A stretch of 47,889 nt of DNA from Rickettsiales bacterium. GTDB lineage: Bacteria; Pseudomonadota; Alphaproteobacteria; Rs-D84. The notes beneath the pieces were generated by a model. It did not search any database. It was not told the DNA's origin and saw nothing but the letters and a program-made list of their open reading frames with translations. Below, one piece after another: positions 9,282 to 16,552 of the stretch; the stretch's first letter is position 1, and each line of letters begins with the position of its first letter. The translations under genes and the position numbers were made by a program. The stretch is taken from positions 1 through 47,889 of the forward strand of contig JAISGC010000055.1 in NCBI GenBank assembly GCA_031263295.1, read 5' to 3'.

Positions 9282-9367
9282 TAATGACTAATGACTAATA
9301 ACTAATGTCTAATTTCTAATGAGCGGCAATTAGTAATTAGACATTAGTTATTAGTCATTAGTCATTA
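9282..9367. repeat. heptad-arm hairpin element H5 (TAATGAC units)
   Basis: taatgac taatgac taataac taatgtc taatttc taatgag - cggc - complementary arm aattagtaattagacattagttattagtcattagtcatta. About 32 perfectly paired nt. Located in a divergent promoter region. Confidence 0.9.
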
Positions 9368-9456
9368 AAAAAAAGTCCTTGCGTCAAGTTTGCGGTTTTT
9401 GCTAATCTTGCCCGGACGAGGGAAATTGAGAGATTACCCGATAAGGAGTTTTTATT

Positions 9457-10584
9457 ATGAGTTTGGAGTTTTCGGTTTTCAGACAGGCGCTGGTTTCGGC
9501 GCTCGGGCATATGCAGTCCATAATTGAAAAGCGCAATACCTTGCCGATTCTGTCGAATGTCAAGATCGAGGCCGGGGCCGACCTGGTCCTGACCGCGACG
9601 AATGTCGACCTTGAATTGATAGAGCATGTCGCGGCCGATGTTTTGTCCGGCGGCGCGATAACGATACCGGTCCAGATGTTTTACGACCTTGTGCGGAAAT
9701 TGCCCGAGGACGCGGAAATCAAGGTGAAATTGTCCGACGCGGGCGAGTTTGTCGTCTCGTCGGGGCGCTCGGTCTTCAAGTTCCAGACTATGCCCGCGGA
9801 CAACTTCCCGATGATGGTCGCGCCGACCGCGGTCGTAAAGTTCCAGATGAACACGGACGACCTTGCGCGCCTGATAAACCAGACGAAGTTCGCGATTCCG
9901 GCGGACGATGTGCGCTATCACTTGGGCGGAATATATTTCCATATAGACGATAAAAAACTGACCGCGGTCGCGACCGATTCGCAGAGGCTGGCGCTGTGCT
10001 CGATGCCCGCGCCCGCCGGCGCCGAGGCTATGCCGTCGGTTATTCTGCCGCGCCGCTTGGTCGCGGAGGTCGCGAACCTTCTCGGCGATGTGAAGGTCGA
10101 CGATGTGGTGGTCGAGTTGTCCGATACCAAGGCGCGCTTCACGATTGGCGCGGCGACCTTGACCAGCAAGCTGGTTGACGCGCAGTATCCGAACTATAAA
10201 ATTGTAATTCCGAAGAACAACGAGAAAATCGCGACGATGAACACCAAGCAATTCGTGCATGCGATAGACCTTGTGTCCGCCGCGAGCAGCGACAAGACGA
10301 AGACCGTTCAGCTGGGATTCTCTATGAATAAACTGGTCGCGTCGGTGTCCAGCAAAGACGACGGCAATTCGGTCTCGGGCGCGGAGGAATTGGATATTGA
10401 ATACAACAGCGATGATTCGTTCCAGATTCTGTTCAACCTGCGTTTTTTGCTGGACATAGCGAACCAGGTCGACGGCGGGGACAAAGTGTCCTTGGCAATG
10501 CAGGACGCGCTATCGCCCACGCTGATTCGCTCGGCGGCGAAAGACACGGATTCGATGTTCATCCTGATGCCGATGCGGATTTAA
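9457..10584 (+). CDS. dnaN: DNA polymerase III beta sliding clamp
   Basis: 375 aa. MSLEF..FRQALVSALGHMQSIIEKRNTLPILSNVKIEA.. and the C-terminal ..MFILMPMRI are typical of DnaN. SD TAAGGAG upstream; candidate promoter TTGCGT-18-TAATCT. Confidence 0.95.
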   Translation: MSLEFSVFRQALVSALGHMQSIIEKRNTLPILSNVKIEAGADLVLTATNVDLELIEHVAADVLSGGAITIPVQMFYDLVRKLPEDAEIKVKLSDAGEFVVSSGRSVFKFQTMPADNFPMMVAPTAVVKFQMNTDDLARLINQTKFAIPADDVRYHLGGIYFHIDDKKLTAVATDSQRLALCSMPAPAGAEAMPSVILPRRLVAEVANLLGDVKVDDVVVELSDTKARFTIGAATLTSKLVDAQYPNYKIVIPKNNEKIATMNTKQFVHAIDLVSAASSDKTKTVQLGFSMNKLVASVSSKDDGNSVSGAEELDIEYNSDDSFQILFNLRFLLDIANQVDGGDKVSLAMQDALSPTLIRSAAKDTDSMFILMPMRI

Positions 10585-10590
10585 TGGGAT

Positions 10591-10760
10591 GCCTGGTGGG
10601 GCGAGTTTTGATAAAACTCGCCAATTGCAAATTGGAAGGGGGCGAAGCCCCTCTGACAATTTGCAATTAAATTGAAAGCGATTTTCTTTTTATTTTCTCC
10701 GGGGCTTCGCCCCATCGAAAATAAAAAGGGTGTGTTTTACCAAACCACACCCCACCAGGC
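10591..10760. repeat. composite nested palindromic element bounded by gcctggtgggg / ccccaccaggc
   Basis: Contains hairpins ggcgagtttt-gat-aaaactcgcc, aattgcaaattg..caatttgcaatt, tttttatttt..ggggcttcgcccc..aaaataaaaa and ggtgtg..cacacc. The right half recurs at 44755-44844. Confidence 0.75.
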
Positions 10761-11868
10761 TCGACCAAAAAAACAACTGCCAACTAAAAAAAACTCCGTT
10801 TCCAAAAAGAAAACCGCCGCCAAAAAAACGGCGGTTAAAAAACGCGCAGTCAAAAAAAGCCCCCACCCAAGAGTTGCTACGGCTCGCTCCGCTCGCCAAG
10901 CAACTCTATCCCGCCCCCGCAAGCGGGGGCAGGAAAAGCGTTCGACGCGCCGTAAGATTATTCTCTATTCTCTGTTCTCTGTTCTCTTTTCTCTTAGTCT
11001 CTTATTCTCTTATTCTCTATTTATCCGCCCGGCGTGGACGGGCGGCGAATACATCGTCGCAAGCGGCGCGTCCGTATCGCGCGTTGTCGCGGACCTGAAC
11101 CAGGGCGATATTTTCAAGTTTTTAATCCGCGCGCGCGGCGGCCGGGTGATGGCAGGAACCTATGACATTCCCGAAAGCGCCAGCGTCTGGCGCCTGGCTC
11201 GGATGCTGTCCTTGGGCGAGATCGCGAGCGCATCGATTACTATCCCCGAGGGCCTGACCAGCAAACAAATCGCGCTGCTGCTGGGGGCGGCGCACGAATA
11301 CAAAGACGGCGAATTATTTCCCGACACCTATTCGATTCCAAAGGGTTCCGACCCGGCGCAGGTCATCGATATGATGAAGAAAAAAATGGACCGCGTGCGC
11401 GAGAACTGGGAACGGGCGGGCCGCCGTTTGCCCGCTCCGTTAAAAGACTGGAACGAGGTCATGACGCTCGCGTCGATTGTCCAAAAGGAAACGCCGCGCG
11501 CGTCCGAAATGCCGGTTGTCGCGTCGGTCTATCTGAACCGGCTGCGAAAAAAAATGCGGTTGCAGGCGGACCCGACGGTCGTCTATGCGATAACGGGCGG
11601 GCTCGGCGATATGCAGGGGCGCCCGCTGTTTTCCAAACACTTGCAGACCGCGAGCCCGTATAACACTTACCGCAACGCGGGTCTGCCGCCCGCGCCGATC
11701 GCGAATGTCGGAATGGACGCGATCGCGGCGGTGCTGAATCCGGCGGACACGAATTATTTATACTTCGTCGCAGACGGCACCGGCGGCCATAGTTTCAGCC
11801 GCACCCTCGACGAGCACAACGCCAATCGCAGCGTCTGGCGACGGATTAAAAAAAAGAACAATGAATGA
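10672..11868 (+). CDS. mltG: endolytic murein transglycosylase MltG (YceG); true start uncertain
   Basis: YceG domain: TIPEGLTSKQIA, LFPDTY, ASIVQKETPRASEMPVVASVYLNRL, SPYNTYRNAGLPPAPI. The first ~115 codons of the ORF are made of repeat elements. There is no in-frame ATG before the TM segment, so the start is TTG 10672 or an unidentified alternative. Confidence 0.85.
   Translation: MKAIFFLFSPGLRPIENKKGVFYQTTPHQARPKKQLPTKKNSVSKKKTAAKKTAVKKRAVKKSPHPRVATARSARQATLSRPRKRGQEKRSTRRKIILYSLFSVLFSLSLLFSYSLFIRPAWTGGEYIVASGASVSRVVADLNQGDIFKFLIRARGGRVMAGTYDIPESASVWRLARMLSLGEIASASITIPEGLTSKQIALLLGAAHEYKDGELFPDTYSIPKGSDPAQVIDMMKKKMDRVRENWERAGRRLPAPLKDWNEVMTLASIVQKETPRASEMPVVASVYLNRLRKKMRLQADPTVVYAITGGLGDMQGRPLFSKHLQTASPYNTYRNAGLPPAPIANVGMDAIAAVLNPADTNYLYFVADGTGGHSFSRTLDEHNANRSVWRRIKKKNNE
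10860..10932 (+). repeat. E1 element, copy 2 (in frame inside the mltG 5' ORF)
   Basis: cccccacccaag-agttgc-..ctcgccaa-gcaact-ctatcccgccccc-gcaa-gcgggggcagg, translated as ..SPHPRVATARSARQATLSRPRKRGQ.. Confidence 0.8.
10958..11031 (+). repeat. ATTCTCT/GTTCTCT heptad tract encoding the MltG membrane anchor
   Basis: attctct attctct gttctct gttctct tttctct tagtctc ttattct cttattc is translated ILYSLFSVLFSLSLLFSYSLFI, the only hydrophobic segment ahead of the YceG domain. Confidence 0.8.
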
Positions 11869-11871
11869 CGC

Positions 11872-12020
11872 GCGGTGTTCCCCTCCTTTGGAGGGGTGCC
11901 GCCGAAGGCGGCGGGGTGGTGGCGAAGGTCTGCACTGCCTGCTGCAAGTACCACCCCGTCATTTTTTTGCTTTGCAAAAAAATGCCACCCCTCCAAAGGA
12001 GGGGAACACCACCCCACCGC
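11872..12020. repeat. R1 REP-like inverted repeat (GGTGTTCCCCTCCTTTGGAGGGGTG arms)
   Basis: Left arm gcggtgttcccctcctttggaggggtg, right arm cacccctccaaaggaggggaacacc. Inner ggggtggt..accacccc and the palindrome tttttttgctttgcaaaaaaa. Confidence 0.85.
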
Positions 12021-12054
12021 ATTGTCCCGTTATCACCCGTTATAATTTTTGTAT

Positions 12055-12081
12055 TTGACATCCGCCCGCATTTGCTATAAT
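12055..12081 (+). promoter_or_regulatory. sigma70-like promoter of the OMP gene
   Basis: TTGACA (12055-12060) and TATAAT (12076-12081). Spacer is only 15 nt (16 if the -35 is read as TTTGAC). AAAAGGAG SD before ATG 12116. Confidence 0.45.
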
Positions 12082-12115
12082 CGCCGCAGGGAAAAACTAA
12101 AAAAGGAGTTCCTTC

Positions 12116-12679
12116 ATGAAAAGACTGATACTGACATCGCTCTCGGCAATGCTGCTTGCGACGGCCGCGAACGCGGGCGCCTATATCGGCGGAAGCTTCA
12201 ACACGAATATGAACGAAAAGTTCACCTATGACGGCAAGTCCTACGACGGCCCGAAAGTCGAGTTCTTCGACAATATCGATCTGGCCGTGTTCCTTGGATA
12301 CAAATTGGAAAACGGGCTGCGCTTGGAGGCCGACTTTATGCGCTCCGCGCTGCACCGCAAAGATGTCGACTTCGCCGATTCGTTCGATGTCGAGTTCGGA
12401 TTGGGTCAGGCGCGCGCGCTGTATGACATCAAGACGAACGGCAAGTTCACGCCATACATCGGCGTCGGGGTGGACAATCTGCTGATTGAGAAAGGCTATC
12501 GCTCGTTCGACGGCGCGTTGGTCGCCGGATTGCAGTTCGCGCTGGATGCGAAAGTGTCGTTGGATCTGCAATACCAGCTGGGCCTGGGCTACGAGTCCAA
12601 ATGGCAAAACCAGCCGGGCAACGAATGGTGGGGCGATATGTTCAGCGTCGTGAAATTGGGACTTGGATACAAGTTCTAA
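12116..12679 (+). CDS. small beta-barrel outer-membrane protein (OmpA-like/opacity-type barrel)
   Basis: Signal peptide MKRLILTSLSAMLLATAANA, alternating amphipathic strands, C-terminal ..LGLGYKF aromatic beta-signal. Confidence 0.75.
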   Translation: MKRLILTSLSAMLLATAANAGAYIGGSFNTNMNEKFTYDGKSYDGPKVEFFDNIDLAVFLGYKLENGLRLEADFMRSALHRKDVDFADSFDVEFGLGQARALYDIKTNGKFTPYIGVGVDNLLIEKGYRSFDGALVAGLQFALDAKVSLDLQYQLGLGYESKWQNQPGNEWWGDMFSVVKLGLGYKF

Positions 12680-12689
12680 AAATCGCGAT

Positions 12690-12715
12690 AAAATCGCCCT
12701 CCGGGGCGATTTTTA
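12690..12715. terminator. bidirectional intrinsic terminator
   Basis: aaaatcgccc-tccg-gggcgattttt: 7-bp GC stem with an A-run before and a T-run after, between convergent genes. Confidence 0.75.
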
Positions 12716-12737
12716 ATTCATAATTCATAATCGGTCG

Positions 12738-13136
12738 CTATGCCATAAACTGCATCAAAAATTGCGGAATTGTCAGCTGGAACCCGCAGCCCAAGGCGCA
12801 TTGCGCAGTGGTTGTGCAGACGCCCGGATTATTCATCAAAATAGGGCGTCCTGCGGCGGGATATGTCATAGTGCACAGGCAATCCCCATTCGCCGTGCAG
12901 CTTGCGGTGCCGCGGACATGCCTGCCGGTGCAGGCGACGGATGTCGAGCCTGTGACCTGGCTGGCCGCGGGGTTATCCCAGGTTGCGCCAGCCTTGCATC
13001 CGGCGCCGAGCGAGTACTCTCCGCTGTCGCCGTTCCATGTGACGGTCTGCGTCGAACTCAACACGCAGAGCTTCGCGGCGTCGGCTTCGCCGCCGGTGGA
13101 AAACGCCAGCATTGCAATGGCAATAAGTTTTTTCAT
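12738..13136 (-). CDS. small secreted Cys-rich protein, family member A
   Basis: Signal peptide MKKLIAIAMLAFS.., 10 Cys. Shares motifs with 16834..17322 (GDCLCTMTYP vs GDICMCKMTWP; CALGCG vs CASLCGC). SD CAGGGAG. Confidence 0.75.
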   Translation of the reverse strand: MKKLIAIAMLAFSTGGEADAAKLCVLSSTQTVTWNGDSGEYSLGAGCKAGATWDNPAASQVTGSTSVACTGRHVRGTASCTANGDCLCTMTYPAAGRPILMNNPGVCTTTAQCALGCGFQLTIPQFLMQFMA

Positions 13137-13164
13137 AATTTTTCTCCCTGTTTTTGTTTTTTAT

Positions 13165-13321
13165 GCGATGCCTTCCGCGCGGTGTTCCCCTCCTTTGGAG
13201 GGGTGGGCGGGCAACGGCCGGGGTGGGTCTGGTGAAAGGCAGTGCCGTTGTTCGACACCCCCCCGCCGCCCTGCGGGCGGCACCCCTCCAAAGGAGGGGA
13301 ACACCGCGCGAAAGGCATCGC
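13165..13321. repeat. R1 REP-like inverted repeat, inserted in the leader of the Cys-rich gene
   Basis: gcgatgccttccgcgcggtgttcccctcctttggaggggtg ... cacccctccaaaggaggggaacaccgcgcgaaaggcatcgc. It is absent from the homologous leader at 16754-16833. Confidence 0.85.
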
Positions 13322-13376
13322 ATTGTCGGGAAACTTTGGGGCGCAAGCCCGGCGAAGCGCCGAAGGCGCGAAGACG

Positions 13377-13441
13377 GGTCGGGGGGTAGAAATATCATAT
13401 TGAGAATGATCCCACGAGATTGCTCTGCGCGGCCCCCGACC
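13377..13441 (-). promoter_or_regulatory. candidate three-way-junction leader RNA, copy L1
   Basis: Minus strand: GGUCGGGGG-[CCGCG..CGUGG]-[AUCAU..AUGAU]-CCCCCCGACC. Homologous to 16686-16753 with stems kept and loops changed. Confidence 0.5.
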
Positions 13442-13471
13442 ATAGCGGGCCGGTCGCATTGACCGGGTGCA

Positions 13472-13584
13472 TAAAAAAAACGGCCTCCGCCGTTATGTTT
13501 TTACGCTCGGATTACGACGCATAAAGCGCGCCGCTCAATATGGGATTTTCTACTTCCCAGAACGCAAGTTTCCCAACTTGGTTC
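13472..13584 (-). ncRNA. candidate small RNA / leader module with its own terminator, copy 1
   Basis: Starts just downstream of the promoter at 13591-13619. Contains hairpin CCAAGUUGGGAAACUUG and the box CGUCGUAAUCCGAGCGUAAAAAC, and ends in AACGGCGGAGGCCGUU + U8. Homologous to 16553-16666. Confidence 0.5.
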
Positions 13585-13590
13585 CCTATC

Positions 13591-13619
13591 ATTATAGATG
13601 TTATGCATTTTTTTGTAAA
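13591..13619 (-). promoter_or_regulatory. sigma70-like promoter TTTACA-17-TATAAT
   Basis: Minus strand ccctTTTACAaaaaaatgcataacatcTATAATgat. Nearly identical context to the promoter at 16518-16546. Confidence 0.65.
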
Positions 13620-13626
13620 GGGATTT

Positions 13627-13729
13627 TTAACGACCAACTACTAACGACTAGTGACTAGTGGCAGCGCGACGGCGGGCACCCCACTAGTCACTAGTCGTTA
13701 GTCACTAGTCGCTAGTAGTTAGTCGTTAA
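13627..13729. repeat. heptad-arm hairpin element H6 (CTAGTGA/CTAACGA units)
   Basis: ttaacgaccaactactaacgactagtgactagtgg - loop - ccactagtcactagtcgttagtcactagtcgctagtagttagtcgttaa. The right arm carries two extra heptads. Confidence 0.85.
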
Positions 13730-13733
13730 AAAA

Positions 13734-14501
13734 TTATTTCAGCACCGCGCGGATGCGTTGCGCGGCGTCGCCGTTATACTTGAACAAGTCCTTGAAGTCC
13801 GCGTCTTTCGGCCACCTGCGTCGCAGGTCCCCGGTTATCTCGCCGTTTTCCGCATTCTCTTCCAAGAGATCCGCAAACTGCGCGCCCGCGATGTAGCAGT
13901 TGGAATTGTTCGCGGTCCTGCAAATCTCGGCGACATCTGCGTAAATCGCGACCGCGTCCGGCAGCCGCCCGATGCGAACGAAAACCTCCGCCTTTTTCAC
14001 CAGCGAATAGACATCGCGCGAGCGCCCCGGTATCGCCAAATATTTTTCATAAATCTCTATCTCCTTGTCGGCCATTCCGTGCAGGCGAAAAAACTCGGCG
14101 CGCTCCTTCCAATAAAATCCGACGCGCTGCGATATGTCGGTCAGCTGCGAGTTCAGGCCGCGTAACGAATCGGCGACCTGCAATTCCGAAATCGCGCGCG
14201 CGAAATATTTGCGCTTCGCGTCCTCGCCGCAGGCCTCCAACGAGAGGCGATTCAGAATCTTGGCGCGTTCCAAATAGTCCGACGCGCCGTCGCTGCCGAG
14301 TTTTTTCAGCTGCGATTCCAAGACCGAAACGACGCGGTCGCAAGCGGGCGCGGTCGGGTCGATGGATTCGGCCGCCGCGGTCGGCGATGATTTTTCGCGA
14401 TGCAAAAAGAACGGCGCAATCAAGAAAAACTCAATCGATAAAACCAGCGCGGCGAACAATCCGCCCAGCGCCCACTTTTTCCATTTTGATGTCTTTTTCA
14501 T
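13734..14501 (-). CDS. membrane-anchored TPR-like repeat protein
   Basis: Start taken at ATG 14501 (AAAAGGAGGGAG SD; MKKTSKWKKWALGGLFAALVLSIEFFLIA anchor). Helical-repeat body (..AEFFRLHGMADKEIEIYEKYLAI..VFVRIGRLPDAVAIYADV..). The ORF-track extension to 14561 runs into repeat D. Confidence 0.6.
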   Translation of the reverse strand: MKKTSKWKKWALGGLFAALVLSIEFFLIAPFFLHREKSSPTAAAESIDPTAPACDRVVSVLESQLKKLGSDGASDYLERAKILNRLSLEACGEDAKRKYFARAISELQVADSLRGLNSQLTDISQRVGFYWKERAEFFRLHGMADKEIEIYEKYLAIPGRSRDVYSLVKKAEVFVRIGRLPDAVAIYADVAEICRTANNSNCYIAGAQFADLLEENAENGEITGDLRRRWPKDADFKDLFKYNGDAAQRIRAVLK

Positions 14502-14517
14502 AACTCCCTCCTTTTTA

Positions 14518-14632
14518 GGGTTCGCGTGATAATCGCCCATCTCGACGCGTTTTTCACCCACTCGCGTATTCTTATACGCTTCGGGGTGAAAAACGCATCG
14601 ACCTGAACGATTCTGACGCGAACACCTCGCTG
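14518..14632. repeat. D element, ~115-nt rod-like imperfect palindrome, copy 1
   Basis: Reverse-complement match to 42787-42900 along its whole length, with compensatory changes in two internal stems. Confidence 0.85.
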
Positions 14633-14641
14633 TTCCTCTCT

Positions 14642-14664
14642 AAAAAATCGCTTCGCGATTTTTC
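14642..14664 (-). terminator. intrinsic terminator downstream of aspS
   Basis: Minus strand aaaaatcgc-gaa-gcgatttttt, preceded by AGGGACT-type heptads that begin at the aspS TAG stop. Confidence 0.55.
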
Positions 14665-14691
14665 TAGTCCCTTGTCCCTAATCCCTAGTCC

Positions 14692-16452
14692 CTACTTTTT
14701 ACGCACTTGTATATGCGCGTCGCGGAGCTGCTGCTCCGAGACCTCCGACGGCGAACCCATCAGCAAATCCTGGCCCCGCTGGTTCGCAGGAAATGCGACC
14801 TGTTCCCGTATCGCATCGTTGCCGACGATTTGCGAGATGATGCGCTCCAAGCCGAATGCGCAGCCCCCGTGCGGCGGCACGCCATAACCGAACGCCGAAT
14901 AAAGCCCGCCGAACTTTGTCTTCACTTCATCTTCGGACAGCCCGACGACCTCGAACAATTTCAGCATAACCGGCCGCGAATAATTGCGCAGACCGCCCGA
15001 ACAAATCTCGTGCCCGTTCAGGACCATATCGTATTGCCACGCCTTTAATTTCATAGGCTCCGACAGGTCGAGATTTTCGAGATCGCCCTGCGGCCGCGAG
15101 AAAGGATTATGTCCGAACGCGATTCCGTTCGGCGCGTTTTCGTCCGCCTCGAAAAACGGGAAGTCTTCAATCCAGCACAGGCGGAACTCGTTCGCGTCAA
15201 TCAGCCCAAGGTCTTCGCCGAACCGCGCGCGCAACTTTCCAGCCGCCTTGGCCGCGGCGTCGATTTTTTCGCAGATGAAAAACACGCTGTCGCCGTCGGC
15301 AAGCCCGCACACACTTTTGATTTTCTCAACGCGCGCGGCGTCCAACTTTTTCGCAACCGGGCCTTTCGCGCCCGCCGCGTCAAATACAATATAACCAAGA
15401 CCCGCCAGCCCGAGTTCTTCGGTCGCGAATCCTTCCGTTTTATCAAACCAAGACCGCGGCTTGTCCGCCGTTTTCGGCGCGGGCACCGCGCGCACGACGC
15501 TTCCGCTCGCGACCGCGTTCGCAAAGATTCCAAAGTCGGACCCGGCGAAAATATCAGACACATCCGAAATCAAAATCGGATTGCGCAGGTCCGGCTTGTC
15601 GGTTCCGTATTTCAGCATCGCGTCGTCAAATGCGATGTGCGGAATCTCGGCCGCAATTTTCGCATCGGGACGAAACGCCTTCAATAATTCCGGAATAATT
15701 TCGTCGCCGAGCGCGTGCACATCGGACTGCTCGACAAACGACATTTCTATATCCAACTGATAAAACTCCAACATTCTATCCGCGCGAAGGTCCTCGTCCC
15801 GCATACAGGGCGCGATTTGGAAATATTTGTCGAAGCCCGCGATTTGGAGCAGTTGCTTGAACTGCTGCGGCGCCTGGGGCAGCGCATAGAATTGCCCGTG
15901 GTGCAGCCGCGACGGGACCAGGAAATCCCGTGCGCCTTCGGGCGACGACACGGTTAAAATCGGCGTCTGAAACTCCGAGAATCCGAGCGACCACATTTTA
16001 TCGCGCAGCCACTTCATAATCTTGTTGCGCAGCAAAATATTTTTGTGCAATGTCTCGCGCCGCAAATCCAGGAAGCGATATTTGTATCGAATATCCTCGC
16101 CGACTTCGTCCTCGCCGAAGACCTGGAACGGCAGCGGATCGGCGGCCGAAAGTATATCGAACTTTTCGACTTTGATTTCGATTCCGCCGGTCGGGAGCTT
16201 GGGATTGATTTGGTCCGCCGCGCGGGCGACAACCGCGCCCGTTATGCGAATGACCGATTCGGGATGGACTTTTTCTATGTCGGCCGGGTCGCCGAAAACG
16301 CATTGCGTGATGCCGTAATTGTCGCGAAGGTCCACAAACAAAAGCCCGCCGTGATCGCGCACGCGATGCACCCAGCCCGACAATACGACCGATTGGCCCG
16401 CGGCCTTTGCCGTCAATTCCCCGCAACTATGAGTCCTGTAAATATTCGACAT
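14692..16452 (-). CDS. aspS: aspartate--tRNA ligase
   Basis: 586 aa. N-terminal OB fold (GWVHRVRDHGGLLFVDLRD) and class II motifs (FYQIAPCMRDEDLRADR, GGLRNY, GVPPHGGCAFGLERI). Confidence 0.95.
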   Translation of the reverse strand: MSNIYRTHSCGELTAKAAGQSVVLSGWVHRVRDHGGLLFVDLRDNYGITQCVFGDPADIEKVHPESVIRITGAVVARAADQINPKLPTGGIEIKVEKFDILSAADPLPFQVFGEDEVGEDIRYKYRFLDLRRETLHKNILLRNKIMKWLRDKMWSLGFSEFQTPILTVSSPEGARDFLVPSRLHHGQFYALPQAPQQFKQLLQIAGFDKYFQIAPCMRDEDLRADRMLEFYQLDIEMSFVEQSDVHALGDEIIPELLKAFRPDAKIAAEIPHIAFDDAMLKYGTDKPDLRNPILISDVSDIFAGSDFGIFANAVASGSVVRAVPAPKTADKPRSWFDKTEGFATEELGLAGLGYIVFDAAGAKGPVAKKLDAARVEKIKSVCGLADGDSVFFICEKIDAAAKAAGKLRARFGEDLGLIDANEFRLCWIEDFPFFEADENAPNGIAFGHNPFSRPQGDLENLDLSEPMKLKAWQYDMVLNGHEICSGGLRNYSRPVMLKLFEVVGLSEDEVKTKFGGLYSAFGYGVPPHGGCAFGLERIISQIVGNDAIREQVAFPANQRGQDLLMGSPSEVSEQQLRDAHIQVRKK

Positions 16453-16517
16453 AAAATAAACCTTTTAACCAGCCGAGCATACAAAAGAAAAATTGGTTCT
16501 GCAAATATAAAAAGCCC

Positions 16518-16546
16518 TTTACAAAAAATCGCAAACCTTTTATAAT
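16518..16546 (+). promoter_or_regulatory. sigma70-like promoter TTTACA-17-TATAAT
   Basis: ccctTTTACAaaaaatcgcaaaccttTATAATgtg. Paralogous to 13591-13619. Confidence 0.65.
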
Positions 16547-16552
16547 GTGAAA

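Noticed and set aside
9282-9367. Tandem 6-7 nt repeat tracts as a CRISPR array or minisatellite.
   Set aside because: The units are far too short, there are no spacers, the tracts come as self-complementary arm pairs, and no cas genes are present.
9243-9456. Replication origin next to dnaN.
   Set aside because: dnaA is not adjacent (the upstream gene is a divergent antiporter gene), and I found no TTATCCACA-like DnaA boxes. The AT-rich part is the H5 hairpin.
11861-13462. Short ORFs translating the R1 repeat (peptides such as ..VFPSFGGV.., ..CSPPLEGW.., ..GVPLLWRG..) on both strands at 11.9, 13.2 and 22.0-22.4 kb.
   Set aside because: The same peptides arise wherever the palindromic repeat occurs, in both orientations. 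They have no starts or SDs, so they are repeat-derived artefacts.
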